64,000 nucleotides of DNA from an uncultured virus (IMG/VR IMGVR_UViG_3300032280_000373) (IMGVR_UViG_3300032280_000373), one strand, 5' to 3'. Shown: positions 27,183 through 37,436, numbered from the stretch's first letter. The notes: generated from the sequence alone by a model not told the origin. Numbers and translations: made by a program.

Positions 27183-27546
27183 TAAGAGGAAGCTGACCAA
27201 AGACGAGTTCAAGCGTATTCTTAATACGCCCCGTCGGGAGAAGCCGAGCAAAGCCCAGTTCGATAGGCTCAAGATACTCGACTTCATCGACATCTACGCT
27301 GATGAAGACCACAAGGAAAACATCATCCTAGCCGATGGCTTGGACAAAGCTTTCCTTGGGCTTGCCTATCGAGATGGTGAACACGGAGCACAAGTGGCGG
27401 TGTATGGAATCTTTTCCTGCATCCACCAACTTCAACTCGACAACAAGTGGAGCTGGGATGAAGCTGAAGAATACTTCAACTTCAACACCCGCTGGGCTTA
27501 TGTTGGCGAGTATACCCCGATGTTCATCGAGGAGATGGTGCGATGA
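27160..27546 (+). CDS. Conserved phage hypothetical protein
   Basis: LADGLDKAFLG...AVY...EAEEYFNFNT..AYVGE.TP, a recurrent aquatic phage motif; AAGGAG site. Confidence 0.7.
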   Translation: MATKTKSSKRKLTKDEFKRILNTPRREKPSKAQFDRLKILDFIDIYADEDHKENIILADGLDKAFLGLAYRDGEHGAQVAVYGIFSCIHQLQLDNKWSWDEAEEYFNFNTRWAYVGEYTPMFIEEMVR

Positions 27547-27791
27547 CTGCCAAGCTGACACCTCAAGAGATTAGGCAAGGCGACACCGTGTGGTGGCGCG
27601 GAAGCTTTGGCAACGATGGCTGGGAGAAGGCGAAGGTTCATCGGATTGAACTCGTTCGCCCAGGCCAAAAAGAAAACGGACTCCTTGTGCCTTGGGTGCC
27701 TACAACCATTATCGAGAACTGTGTTTTCGATCTGGACAATGGGCATTGGGCATATGGATATCAAATCAAACCAGTGGAGGAAACACTATGA
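27543..27791 (+). CDS. Hypothetical protein
   Basis: GDTVWWRGSFG...LDNGHWAYGYQI; coupled on both sides. Confidence 0.65.
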   Translation: MTAKLTPQEIRQGDTVWWRGSFGNDGWEKAKVHRIELVRPGQKENGLLVPWVPTTIIENCVFDLDNGHWAYGYQIKPVEETL

Positions 27792-28039
27792 GCGTAACAC
27801 AACTAAACTGCGGAACTATGATAACAGGAGAAAGCATTAATAGGTTTCGCCTATTGATGGCAATCCAAGGCTTGGAGACTCACATTCGATCGGGTGGTCG
27901 GATGCGTGTGTCACGAGCCGTAACACCTAAACTCTGTATGGGGATTGTGAGTGGGTTCACTCGCAAGAAATACAAGAGGACAGATGCGCAGAAAGCGGTC
28001 GAAGATGGCCGTAACTTCTTAGCTCTGAATGGATTATGA
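27788..28039 (+). CDS. Hypothetical protein
   Basis: GGAGG site, ATGA coupling. Confidence 0.6.
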   Translation: MSVTQLNCGTMITGESINRFRLLMAIQGLETHIRSGGRMRVSRAVTPKLCMGIVSGFTRKKYKRTDAQKAVEDGRNFLALNGL

Positions 28040-28362
28040 GAATCGAAGTCGAGAAGGATGATGTTAAGTTCGAATACGACGGCAAGAAGTATTCGGTAAC
28101 TGGCACAGCCATCCACAATACCGAGAAGGAAGACATCGGTATTGGTTCTTATGAGTTCTGGGGTTCGCGTGGTTATGACAGCCAGATTGTCAACCAAAGC
28201 GAGTTCTCGGAATGTGAGTTCGATAGCTTGGCAATCTATCCAGACGAAGGAATGGAAGAAGTTCCAGAACCTTCTAAAGAACTTGTCGAGGCTGCGCAGG
28301 AAGCTTTGTATCAAGCGACCTACGAAATCGCGGAAGAGCGGGCTGTCGAGTTAAGCGACTAG
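28036..28362 (+). CDS. Hypothetical acidic protein
   Basis: DIGIGSYEFWGSRG motif; ATGA coupling. Confidence 0.65.
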   Translation: MRIEVEKDDVKFEYDGKKYSVTGTAIHNTEKEDIGIGSYEFWGSRGYDSQIVNQSEFSECEFDSLAIYPDEGMEEVPEPSKELVEAAQEALYQATYEIAEERAVELSD

Positions 28363-28416
28363 ACACTCTGCCCCGTCGCTCACACGGCGGGGTAGCAGTC
28401 TGGCCGATAGGCTGGA
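28360..28416 (+). repeat. Two-hairpin element, copy 2
   Basis: TAGAC..CTGCCCCGTCG..ACACGGCGGGGTAG then AGTCTGGCCGATAGGCTGGA. Confidence 0.7.
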
Positions 28417-28433
28417 AACAAACGAAAACCAAA

Positions 28434-28766
28434 ATGAAAGGACACAATATGGAACTAACAATACCATCAGAAGTGGTAGATGAGTTCGGTCGGGCGACCG
28501 AGTGGCTCAAACTATCCAATGAGAAACGCAAAGAGTATCGGAGTCTATTCCTCGAATCCGCGAAGCAAGGAATCAAGAGCTGGGTAGGCCAGCACTTCAC
28601 GGTTCAGATGGATGAACACGATAAGGCAAGACTTGCCAAACCTTTGCTCAAATCCAACCTGCTCAAGTATCTGACGCCAGAGCAAGTTAACCACATCATC
28701 GATGCCTCAACAGTATCGAGCGAAGAGTGGCACTTCACGGCGCGAAGGATTCCGACAGGTGAGTGA
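28434..28766 (+). CDS. Hypothetical protein
   Basis: Downstream of the repeat element; the true start may be the second ATG, after AAGGA. Confidence 0.6.
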   Translation: MKGHNMELTIPSEVVDEFGRATEWLKLSNEKRKEYRSLFLESAKQGIKSWVGQHFTVQMDEHDKARLAKPLLKSNLLKYLTPEQVNHIIDASTVSSEEWHFTARRIPTGE

Positions 28767-28948
28767 GGCCGTAAAGATTGCAAACGAGATAACAAAGTGG
28801 GATGGTTACGCTTTGTTTGACAAAGACAATGTATTACTCAACGACCAGTTATTCACACACTACCAACGGGCGCAGAAAATTGCTTCCTGTTACGAGAATG
28901 GTGAAGCCATCATCTGGAAAGTTGAACTGAACAGAAAGGAAAAAGTCA

Positions 28949-29140
28949 ATGAATCTAGAGAAACCAATAACAATTAAACTAGAAGCGTCGTGGATTTTTT
29001 CAGAACTGCCAGATGACTTTGAAGGAACACGCGAAGACGCGATCGACTACTTCAAAAGTGATCTTGTAGATAATTTTGGAGAGTTCTTTGACACTCGTTA
29101 TGTATCTCAACATTTAACTGTAGAAGGAGAAAATAAATGA
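28949..29140 (+). CDS. Hypothetical protein
   Basis: AAGGA site; coupled to rIIA. Confidence 0.55.
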   Translation: MNLEKPITIKLEASWIFSELPDDFEGTREDAIDYFKSDLVDNFGEFFDTRYVSQHLTVEGENK

Positions 29141-31485
29141 TAATTACGTCATCTAGAAACACGCCAGTATCGAGCGGGGTTACCGACACGATCGACTACA
29201 AGATCGATGTGTCCAACCTCGGTCACATCGCCAGTATCCTACGCAAAGCTTACTCTGACCCGATCAGAGCGGTTGTGCGTGAGTATGGCACCAATGCCTG
29301 CGAGGGTCACATCCTCAATGGTAAAACCAACAAGCCCATCCAAGTCTCGCTTCCGACTGGTATGAAGCCAGTCTTCACGATTCGTGACTTCGGCCCTGGA
29401 CTTGGCAAGGAGAAGTTCCAGGAGCTGTTCTGCTCGTATGGCGGTAGCGACAAGCGGACAAGCAACGCCTTCACGGGCTGTCTTGGTATCGGTTGCAAAT
29501 CGTATGGTGCCTACACGGATGCCATTACGGTAACTGATTACAACGGAGTTACCCCCCACAAAGACGGAGTCAAGCGTATCTGGAATTGTCACATCGACGA
29601 GAGTGAGGTGGGCAAGGCATCGCTGTTAAGCGAGACCAAGACCAACGAACCCTCTGGTGTTGAGATCTCGATTCCAGTTCGGCCGCAAGACATTAGTAGA
29701 TTCCGCGAAACTGCGATGCAAGTCTATCGTGTCTTTGATGTCCGTCCTGACATCGTTAACCTATCGCCAGAAGAGAAGAAAGCATATGCCACTCAGACAT
29801 ACAAGGATGGCATCATCAAAGGAACCAACTGGTCTTTCAATGGTGAAGGCCAAAGCTGGCTCCAGATGGGTCTTGTGCTTTACCCGCTCAAGTCCGACTT
29901 CTCTGGCTCACCAGTCATCAAGCAGTTGATTGACGCTGGAGTCTACGTGAGGGTCGATCTTGGCGATGTCCAAGTCGCTCCGTCTCGTGAGGACTTGCAG
30001 TATTCGCAGAAGACAATCCAAGGCTTGGTCAAGCATCTCAATCCAGTCATTGACTCGATGGGTTCGACCTTGCTTGCCGACATTCAAGCGGCTCCAGATT
30101 ACTTCCAAGCTCACTTGATCTTGCGTAGGTTCACTGGCACTGGCGGATATAGTTCCTCCAGTTTCCGTGAAGGCATCGTCAAGAAGCTGAAGGGCAAGCT
30201 GAAGTGGAAGGGAATCGATATGCATGATGACAATCGAATTCCTTTGTGTGCTTCGCCTCTTGCGAAAGATCAGACTGAAATCGAATTGCTTGAATCTCAT
30301 GGCGTAAAAGTCATGAGTATAAGCAAACGTAGTTGGGGCAAGGCTAAGTTCAATGTCGATCGTGATGTCGATGAACTGATTGTTCACAAAGACGCGGTCG
30401 TTATGGTCAACGATACTGGCACTGGTTCGGGTGAAGCTCGCGTTCGTCACTGGCTGATGAACGGTGGGCCATCTGGAGCAACCGTCACTATCATCAACTA
30501 CAAGAATGGTGGCCGAGAGTTTCTCAACAAGACTCTCCCGTGGTTTGCAACGACGACATTCCAACAGGTGTCGTCTCTGCCCGTGCCTCCACCAAAAGTC
30601 AAAGCAGTTGATGAGAACGGCGATGAGGTTGAATACGACAAGAATGTCAAGCACACCAAGGGGAATGTGTTTGGCTTGCTTGCCAAGTATTGCCGACAAG
30701 AGAAACGCAGTGACTATTGGGGAATCGCAGCATCACCTAAGACTGGCAAGAAAGTCTTTGTGGTGCTCGATCAATTCAAGTGGATGATGCCTGGAAAGAA
30801 GTATCAGCATGAGGAGTATCATCAGCTGTATCGGGCAAAAGAATACTTGAAAGAGATCGGGTATTGCGATCAAATCTACGGCGTGAAGCAAGCCGATGTT
30901 GAAAAGAAAACCGATTCGACTTGGACTATGCTACACGAAGCAATCGAGTGTGGGACAAGAACCTTCTTGAAGGATAACCCCGACAAGGCTCAGAAGATTG
31001 CTGATCGGCTGGCAGCGATTAGTTACTTCAGCGACAGTCGTGGTATCTATAGAACCGATCGGTTCAAGGAGAGAGGTTGCTTCTTTGAGCAATCTACTCT
31101 TTGCCGATGGGTTGACAAGAAGACTGGCAAGCTCGATCAAGTTAAATCCGACAGCCCATTCCGAATCTTCATGGAGAAGATCATGGAGATGCTTGGCGGA
31201 AAGACTGACATGAATGAGAAAGATCTACCAGCATGGCTCGATGAACCTACAAGTTCTTGGGCTCTTGGTCGATCTGACAATGACGATAAGAACGGTGTGT
31301 ATCGGCAGCTCAAAGCGTCGTTACCCAAACCTTCTTATGATCTGAAAGTTGAAGGAACCAAAATCGCTTCGCGTTATCCATTGTTCTGTGGCCAAGGAAA
31401 TTGGCAAACAGACGCATTTGAATACGCGATCGAAGGCACTGTCGAGTATGTGCATCTTGTTGATGCAGCTCGCAAAACAAAATAA
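29137..31485 (+). CDS. rIIA: rIIA-like protein (GHKL ATPase N-terminus)
   Basis: YSDPIRAVVREYGTNA, IRDFGPGL, GCLGIGCKS, SREDLQY; followed by an rIIB-like gene. Confidence 0.85.
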   Translation: MIITSSRNTPVSSGVTDTIDYKIDVSNLGHIASILRKAYSDPIRAVVREYGTNACEGHILNGKTNKPIQVSLPTGMKPVFTIRDFGPGLGKEKFQELFCSYGGSDKRTSNAFTGCLGIGCKSYGAYTDAITVTDYNGVTPHKDGVKRIWNCHIDESEVGKASLLSETKTNEPSGVEISIPVRPQDISRFRETAMQVYRVFDVRPDIVNLSPEEKKAYATQTYKDGIIKGTNWSFNGEGQSWLQMGLVLYPLKSDFSGSPVIKQLIDAGVYVRVDLGDVQVAPSREDLQYSQKTIQGLVKHLNPVIDSMGSTLLADIQAAPDYFQAHLILRRFTGTGGYSSSSFREGIVKKLKGKLKWKGIDMHDDNRIPLCASPLAKDQTEIELLESHGVKVMSISKRSWGKAKFNVDRDVDELIVHKDAVVMVNDTGTGSGEARVRHWLMNGGPSGATVTIINYKNGGREFLNKTLPWFATTTFQQVSSLPVPPPKVKAVDENGDEVEYDKNVKHTKGNVFGLLAKYCRQEKRSDYWGIAASPKTGKKVFVVLDQFKWMMPGKKYQHEEYHQLYRAKEYLKEIGYCDQIYGVKQADVEKKTDSTWTMLHEAIECGTRTFLKDNPDKAQKIADRLAAISYFSDSRGIYRTDRFKERGCFFEQSTLCRWVDKKTGKLDQVKSDSPFRIFMEKIMEMLGGKTDMNEKDLPAWLDEPTSSWALGRSDNDDKNGVYRQLKASLPKPSYDLKVEGTKIASRYPLFCGQGNWQTDAFEYAIEGTVEYVHLVDAARKTK

Positions 31486-31506
31486 AAACGAAAGGACACA
31501 GTAAGT

Positions 31507-32358
31507 ATGAACTACATCATAACTGACGAAACAATAACAGCGGTCATCAACGGGAAGTCTCACACTCTCCGCCGTGACCACGCAAATGCAAAGATGGTAA
31601 TCAACGCGATCGCAGAGGGTCGTGCGGAGGGTGACATCGAGAAATTGATGGACATCACCAACGCACTCAATGCGTATCTCGGCAACTCCGTCGAGGTGAA
31701 AGACGGTTCGGTGTATCACCGCGGGGAGATCGTTGACGAGCGTATCGCCAAACGAATCCTCAACTTTATGCAGGAGAATCTACCAGTGGAACCGATGACT
31801 CGGTTCTTGGAGAATCTCTACAACAATCCGAGCCACAATAGTCGCGCTCAACTCTACCAGTTCTTGGAGCACAAGAACATGCCCATCACTGAGGATGGCT
31901 GTTTCTTGGCCTACAAGTCGGTTGACCCAGACTATATGGACCACCACACTGGCAAGTTCTCTAACCGAGTTGGCCAGGTTTTGAGCATCGCTCGTCGCAG
32001 TGTGGATGACAATCCCGAGAACGGATGTTCTTATGGGTTCCACGCTGGCTCGCTCGAGTACGCCAGCAACTTCGGTGGTTCCGATCGTCGGGTCGTGATC
32101 GTCAAGATCAACCCCGAGGATGTGGTGTCGGTGCCCAATGACTGCGAGTTCCAGAAGCTTCGTACTGCAAAGTATGAGGTTGTCGCGGACTACACGGGAC
32201 CACTGCCCAAGACATACGCCGAGTCGTATGACTCCACGGAAGATGACATCTACGAAGAGGACGATGTCGAAACCGAAGAAGCTGACAGCGATGACAGCCT
32301 TGTTACGGCAATCCGTACCGCGGCTCGCCAGTTGCTTGACGCAGTAGCCAATCGCTAA
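31507..32358 (+). CDS. rIIB: rIIB-like protein
   Basis: FLENL..NPS, LYQFL, PITEDGCFLAYK, CSYGFH, VKINPEDVVSVP.D, KLRT..YEV. Confidence 0.9.
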   Translation: MNYIITDETITAVINGKSHTLRRDHANAKMVINAIAEGRAEGDIEKLMDITNALNAYLGNSVEVKDGSVYHRGEIVDERIAKRILNFMQENLPVEPMTRFLENLYNNPSHNSRAQLYQFLEHKNMPITEDGCFLAYKSVDPDYMDHHTGKFSNRVGQVLSIARRSVDDNPENGCSYGFHAGSLEYASNFGGSDRRVVIVKINPEDVVSVPNDCEFQKLRTAKYEVVADYTGPLPKTYAESYDSTEDDIYEEDDVETEEADSDDSLVTAIRTAARQLLDAVANR

Positions 32359-32364
32359 CTATTC

Positions 32365-32393
32365 GGGGCGGGTGGGCAAATCCCATCCGCCCC
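32365..32393 (+). other. GC-rich hairpin after rIIB (terminator or processing site)
   Basis: GGGGCGGGTGGG-CAAAT-CCCATCCGCCCC, no long U-tract. Confidence 0.5.
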
Positions 32394-32563
32394 ACTTGAA
32401 AGGAAATTATGAAGATTAAATATATGACAAAAGAAAACTTGATTAAGAAACTTGAACACCTCAAGACGTCTTATCCGAAAACGGATGAGCGTCCTGCGAA
32501 AGGCGACGAATCCGCTAGCCTATACGCCAGACACATTGTGGAAGAACTAGCGAGGAGATCGTA

Positions 32564-32842
32564 ATGGAAGCCGTGTACACAGGTAAGCAAGCTCGTGACA
32601 TCGCGGGAACTAAGTTCCCCTATGGCTTGGGCTGGCACAAAGAGGATGCATCCATCATCGAAACATTGAAGCTTCGAGGCGGAGACGCTTCGGTTCTTCT
32701 TGCCGAATGGTGTGAGGCTACTGGATTGGACAGCAATAACAATCTGGTCCGCAAGGAACGATTTGAAGGCAAGAAACCTTGGAATCAAAAAGATGAGAAC
32801 AAGAAGATCTACACTCGTGAAATCAGACTTGCTCAAATTTAA
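32564..32842 (+). CDS. Hypothetical protein
   Basis: GAGGAG ribosome-binding site. Confidence 0.55.
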   Translation: MEAVYTGKQARDIAGTKFPYGLGWHKEDASIIETLKLRGGDASVLLAEWCEATGLDSNNNLVRKERFEGKKPWNQKDENKKIYTREIRLAQI

Positions 32843-33659
32843 TCGCGGTAACGCGAAGCTTGGGCGAGACATCTGGACGTTCAGCCTACCCGCAGGGTTC
32901 TCCTGCCCAGGTGCGATGGAGTGTTTATCCAAAGCCAATCGAGAGACGGGTAAAATCACGGACGGTGCCAACACCAAGTTCCGTTGCTTTGCCGCATCCG
33001 ATGAGGCTCAATACAAGAACACTCGGTTGCAGAGGTGGCACAACTTCGAGTTGCTGAAAGGCAAGTCAACCGCTGAGATGTCCGAGTTGATTCAAGCAAG
33101 TCTACCAAGACAAGCAGGAATCGTTCGGGTTCATGTCTCGGGTGACTTCTTCAATCAGTTCTACTTCGATGCTTGGATGCATGTTGCCAGGTGCCAACCA
33201 CTGCGCACCTTCTACGCCTATACCAAGAGCTTACCCTTCTGGCTTAGGCGTATCGGGGACATCCCAAAGAACTTCGTACTCAACGCAAGTCGAGGCGGAG
33301 CGCACGATGAACTGATTGCCAAGCACGACCTTAAGTATGCCGAGGTTGTGTACAGCTACGAAGAAGCGAAGGCCAAGAGACTGGAGATCGACCACGACGA
33401 CAGCCATGCTTACAAGTCTGGCAAGCCGTTCGCGTTGCTCATCCACGGGACACAGCCCGCTGGTAGCATCGCGGCCAAGTCGCTGTCTGCCCTTCGCAAG
33501 ATCGGGTGGACTGGCTACAGCAGGAAGGTGGCCTTGGCCTTGCTAATCGGTAGCTTATGTATCGACGCTGTTCCACTTGAGTTCTGGCCCGTGTGGTCCA
33601 GAGAAGGAAATGAGTGGATAATCAAGCATCGAGTTCTGACTTGTCAGAACTACGTTTAA
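32793..33659 (+). CDS. GP88-like phage protein
   Basis: GNAKL...FSLPAG.SCPGA..C...CFA...RVHVSGDFF...Y..AW...FYAYTKS. Confidence 0.75.
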   Translation: MRTRRSTLVKSDLLKFNRGNAKLGRDIWTFSLPAGFSCPGAMECLSKANRETGKITDGANTKFRCFAASDEAQYKNTRLQRWHNFELLKGKSTAEMSELIQASLPRQAGIVRVHVSGDFFNQFYFDAWMHVARCQPLRTFYAYTKSLPFWLRRIGDIPKNFVLNASRGGAHDELIAKHDLKYAEVVYSYEEAKAKRLEIDHDDSHAYKSGKPFALLIHGTQPAGSIAAKSLSALRKIGWTGYSRKVALALLIGSLCIDAVPLEFWPVWSREGNEWIIKHRVLTCQNYV

Positions 33660-33670
33660 AGGAGAGCATA

Positions 33671-33889
33671 ATGAGTCTATTAAATAAAGCAGCGGTTAAG
33701 CGGTCAGCCCTTGACTTGGCGAGCGCCAAGTTCAAAGAGCGCAACAAGACGAGACTAGAGATGGGGCTTGCCCCTATGAAGTTAGTCCCGTCGAGAGTTA
33801 GTAGTGAATTCATGGACACCTTCGAAGCCAAGGTCATTGGCTTGTTGAGTGTTATGGTTCACGAGCACAAGACAGGAGTTACACTATGA
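33671..33889 (+). CDS. Hypothetical protein
   Basis: AAGGAG ribosome-binding site. Confidence 0.6.
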   Translation: MSLLNKAAVKRSALDLASAKFKERNKTRLEMGLAPMKLVPSRVSSEFMDTFEAKVIGLLSVMVHEHKTGVTL

Positions 33890-34110
33890 ATTGTTATTGT
33901 ATTACAAAACCAGCGGAACAAAAGTTCTTGTCGATCGACGAGAAGTGGGTGGACTTCCAAACGGGTATCCGTGAAGACTCCATCCGAGGCTACACCTCTG
34001 AGGAGATGGAAGCCCTGAACAACGATGCAACGAAGCATGGAGGCGAGGTGCGACAGCATCCGTCTCCCGACGGAGTCACACTCCCCTTGTTCTATGACTG
34101 GGGTACGTGA
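33886..34110 (+). CDS. Hypothetical protein
   Basis: AGGAG site, ATGA coupling. Confidence 0.55.
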   Translation: MNCYCITKPAEQKFLSIDEKWVDFQTGIREDSIRGYTSEEMEALNNDATKHGGEVRQHPSPDGVTLPLFYDWGT

Positions 34111-34732
34111 AGTATTTGAGGGACTGAAGTCCCGAGAGGTTAGCCGTTACGTCAACTACTGGGATAAGATTAAGCCCAAGTCCCGCAGTGACGAGTGGCG
34201 CTTCTGGGTCTTCTCGATTCTCGCGGCCAACTTCGGTTGGAAGCAGAACGTGAAGGCGTTTAATGCAATCAAAGACCGCGACTCGTGGAAGTCCGATATG
34301 GGTAAACTACAGTTCGAGCTGTACAAAACCAAGACTGGACTGTGGCGGACGAAAGCCGTGAGCATCTGGAAGTTTGACCAGATGTTCGCAGCCAAGCCCC
34401 ACATCTTCGAGCGCTATGCCAACGAGCCGTTGACGCAATACCGTGATAGGATTGCGGACAACGTCCCAGGATTGGCGATTGCAAAGTCGAGCTTCTATGT
34501 GGAGATGAAGTACCACGAAGAGTCAGACGTTGTCTGTCTCGATCGTCGTGTGCTGAAGTCCATCCACAAGAGGGATAGAAACGTGAACAGATCTGACTAC
34601 CTCGCGCTTGAGAACGAGTGGCAGACCTGCTCACAAGAATATGGTATCCCAGCGGCTACTGCCAGATTCATCTGGTGGGACAAGTTGCAGGGGTATAAAA
34701 ATAGTCGGTACTGGAGTGAGGTATTAGAATGA
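34094..34732 (+). CDS. HhH DNA glycosylase-like protein (OGG / N-glycosylase-lyase type)
   Basis: VFSILAAN, NVPGLAIAKSSF (HhH with Lys), VVCLDRRV (catalytic Asp), Y..LE. Confidence 0.7.
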   Translation: MTGVREVFEGLKSREVSRYVNYWDKIKPKSRSDEWRFWVFSILAANFGWKQNVKAFNAIKDRDSWKSDMGKLQFELYKTKTGLWRTKAVSIWKFDQMFAAKPHIFERYANEPLTQYRDRIADNVPGLAIAKSSFYVEMKYHEESDVVCLDRRVLKSIHKRDRNVNRSDYLALENEWQTCSQEYGIPAATARFIWWDKLQGYKNSRYWSEVLE

Positions 34733-34947
34733 CAACAACAATCAATGGTTCATTTGTCTGGGGTGCAGACGATAGTCTCTTTGAGATTAAGTTTGACGCA
34801 GATGTGGACAAGCAAGAGAAGGTGGTTACTTCGATGCATTTGCATCTGAAGCCAGATCACTTAGATAGAATCCTGCAAGACGTATATAAGACAGGCGAAC
34901 AAGAAGCCCTTCGGTTAGCGTTGAAGCAGGAGGCTAATGAAAGTTAA
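34729..34947 (+). CDS. Hypothetical protein
   Basis: GAGG site, ATGA coupling. Confidence 0.55.
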   Translation: MTTTINGSFVWGADDSLFEIKFDADVDKQEKVVTSMHLHLKPDHLDRILQDVYKTGEQEALRLALKQEANES

Positions 34948-35417
34948 TAAAGTAATTCGATTCATTATATTGATTCTATATACTGTGTTCCTTGTGAACG
35001 GAGTATTGGTGACTGGAACGGGGGTACTCTATGGCATCTGCTATTTGTACACCTCAACGATTAAGAAGGTGTGTAACAAAATTGACCCGATGATTCGTGT
35101 CTAAAAGTTCTCACCTATCCACGTTTCAAAGTCATCTAATTTATTCCCGAGTTCCTCAGGGGTGATGATACCCAAAGAACAAGCACGCGCAAATTGTAAA
35201 ATATCCGTGACTTGTTCTGGAAGTATCGCCAACTCTGGGGACTCGGGAATATTTTTTAACACAGTTTCATCCTTCTTCCGATAAGTATACACACAGTTTT
35301 AATAATAGAAAGCGTGACCAGATACGTCAGCCAAATAATATCACGCTTTGTGTTCCTCATTCCCCCAGTTTGTCCCCGCTATATTGACTTGGCAACCCCG
35401 CCAGTCAGCATTGAATT

Positions 35418-35678
35418 GTGCCCAAGAAGCTTGCAGAAGCAAAGTTCGGCGAACTATCCGAACAGTTCCTCCGTGTATTACTCGCCGCGGCCGCGGTCGA
35501 TGGTAAATCGGAAGAGCTGGTTATTACCCGCAAGGCTTTCCATGATCTCCACCAGAAATTAAAGGATGGCTACAATCCAGAGATAGATGTTTGGTTTGAA
35601 GACAATGAGCTCCACATTGCTTTAGCCTGGAGCGAGGCGCCCATTATTGGGTTCAGGAAAATCCGTGGCCAAAAATAA
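35418..35678 (+). CDS. Hypothetical protein (leaderless candidate)
   Basis: TTGACT-N16-CAGCAT-N6-GTG. Confidence 0.55.
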   Translation: MPKKLAEAKFGELSEQFLRVLLAAAAVDGKSEELVITRKAFHDLHQKLKDGYNPEIDVWFEDNELHIALAWSEAPIIGFRKIRGQK

Positions 35679-35771
35679 AAAGAAAAAGGTTAAGAGCTTG
35701 ATCGATCACTCGCATCGGCCACGTCAAGGCTTGCTCGATAAGGTCGCCAAGTTGGCATTATACCATAAGAA

Positions 35772-37109
35772 CTAGCGGCTTATCTCTTCCCAATCAACGG
35801 AAGTGAATAAATCAACCTTCTCATTGTTCGAGGTGCAAACAACTGAAAACTCAAAGGCTGTTCCTAAGATACCATTTCGTTCTAACTGATTGGCGAAGAG
35901 GGCTTCTTTTAGAATATCGATACCTCCACCAGTTTGCTGGGTGGTGCTGAAATAACCAGACGCCATAGTTCTTCCCGCTGTCGTGAGTGTTGTTGCTGTA
36001 AGGTTGTATTCTACCGCGCTGTCGGCGCCAGCGCTCAACCACGTTCCCCCTGAAGATATACTTGCGTTTCTAACCTGCCAGTTAAAGGTGTCTCCTGTGG
36101 TTCTTCCAAGCAAAGATAGGGCTGTTATAATAACTATGGCATCCGTTCGATCTACAGGAGGAGTGCTAGCGGAAGACTTTAGTCTAAGTGTAACGACTGG
36201 ATAAAAGGTTCCAGGTGTGGTAAGTCTATAGGGACTTGTAACTGAAGTCCCGACGGCTTGTTGAGCTCCCCTTAATTCATATCCACCTTCGGATAAAACC
36301 GTAGAGCAAATTTGTTTGAGATTGCTGGGGCTAGAAGTAGCCCCTACATTTTTAATTTCGTACCGAAGTGGGAGACTTGCCGTCGTTATATAAGTTGAAG
36401 TAATTAAATTGGCATGATGAAACGAATGACAAAGAATAAACTGACCATTAATTACAAACCCCATTCGCACCGTACCAACGCCAAGCCACTCAAAATCCAT
36501 CCATAAAATCTGAGCTTTAGTTATGTCGAGAGTAAGTCCAGAGGGGCCAGTTCCATCCAACTTATCCCCACTCCAATCAGATTGGACGGCCTGAGTTTCA
36601 GCGACAGCCCCAGTTATAAAGGATCGCTTTACAAATTTTAATATACTTCCAGATAATTCTAAATATATTCCATTTTCATCCCCGTAATATCCAACTTTTT
36701 GCTCAAGATGGTCTTTAGCCGGGTTCATTACAAACGTATTCATAACCAGCAATGATTTTCCTGGCTGATAAGCAAACACTTTTGTTGTCTCTCGAATTAC
36801 CTCGTCATTATTTGCTGTGCCAATTGTTAAATCCATGAGACCCTGGCTCGCGTTGAAAGTAGCTGAAGCTCCAGTTGCTGAAAGATATGTCGACCACAGT
36901 CCATTGTCCCGATAGCGATGGCTAGAATCAAAGAGGGTGAAAGGTTCGGAGACCCTTAAACGACCGAAGGAATCGGTAGGGAAAGACCCAATAATACCGC
37001 CAGCCCCACCAGTTGAAAGGTTATCTAGGCTACTGGAGATCTTCTGGAGACTACGGACTTCCGTGTCTGACCAGAGAGGAGTATTATTTTCTGGAAAATA
37101 TTCAGGCAT
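35772..37109 (-). CDS. Putative virion structural protein (beta-rich)
   Basis: DSFGRLRVSEPFTLFDS...YQPGKS...WLGVG.VR.GF...SLPLRYE...WEE, a motif set recurrent in aquatic phage virion regions. Confidence 0.65.
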   Translation of the reverse strand: MPEYFPENNTPLWSDTEVRSLQKISSSLDNLSTGGAGGIIGSFPTDSFGRLRVSEPFTLFDSSHRYRDNGLWSTYLSATGASATFNASQGLMDLTIGTANNDEVIRETTKVFAYQPGKSLLVMNTFVMNPAKDHLEQKVGYYGDENGIYLELSGSILKFVKRSFITGAVAETQAVQSDWSGDKLDGTGPSGLTLDITKAQILWMDFEWLGVGTVRMGFVINGQFILCHSFHHANLITSTYITTASLPLRYEIKNVGATSSPSNLKQICSTVLSEGGYELRGAQQAVGTSVTSPYRLTTPGTFYPVVTLRLKSSASTPPVDRTDAIVIITALSLLGRTTGDTFNWQVRNASISSGGTWLSAGADSAVEYNLTATTLTTAGRTMASGYFSTTQQTGGGIDILKEALFANQLERNGILGTAFEFSVVCTSNNEKVDLFTSVDWEEISR

Positions 37110-37126
37110 AAACTATGCCTGGGGTA

Positions 37127-37267
37127 TCAATACTTACCCAATCCCCGACCCTTGTTGGAAACCTTACCCATGCCGTAACTTTTCTTCTTCTCTACTTTAA
37201 GAGAAGGTGACTTGTCGGTTGGCATCTTTGCGTTCTTTTGATTCAAGTTAATTGAATAATCTTTCAT
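37127..37267 (-). CDS. Small Lys-rich protein (46 aa, not in track)
   Basis: MKDYSINL...KGRGLGKY; ATG 1 nt after the previous stop. Confidence 0.5.
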   Translation of the reverse strand: MKDYSINLNQKNAKMPTDKSPSLKVEKKKSYGMGKVSNKGRGLGKY

Positions 37268-37268
37268 A

Positions 37269-37424
37269 TTATTTATTTTTCGATTTGCCAGCCGCGCTCA
37301 ACGCGATGGCAATAATCTGTGCGCGGGGACGGGCTTTACCCATAGCTCCACGTTCTTTACCTTTTTTCTTATTGTCAGCGTAAAGTTCGCTGATATTTTT
37401 CGATACATTTTTTCCTAATGGCAT
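37269..37424 (-). CDS. Small basic protein (51 aa, not in track)
   Basis: MPLGKNVSKNISELY...QIIAIALSAAGKSK, the Q.IAIALS.AG motif of small basic phage proteins; AGGAG site. Confidence 0.65.
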   Translation of the reverse strand: MPLGKNVSKNISELYADNKKKGKERGAMGKARPRAQIIAIALSAAGKSKNK

Positions 37425-37436
37425 ATGATTAAACTC

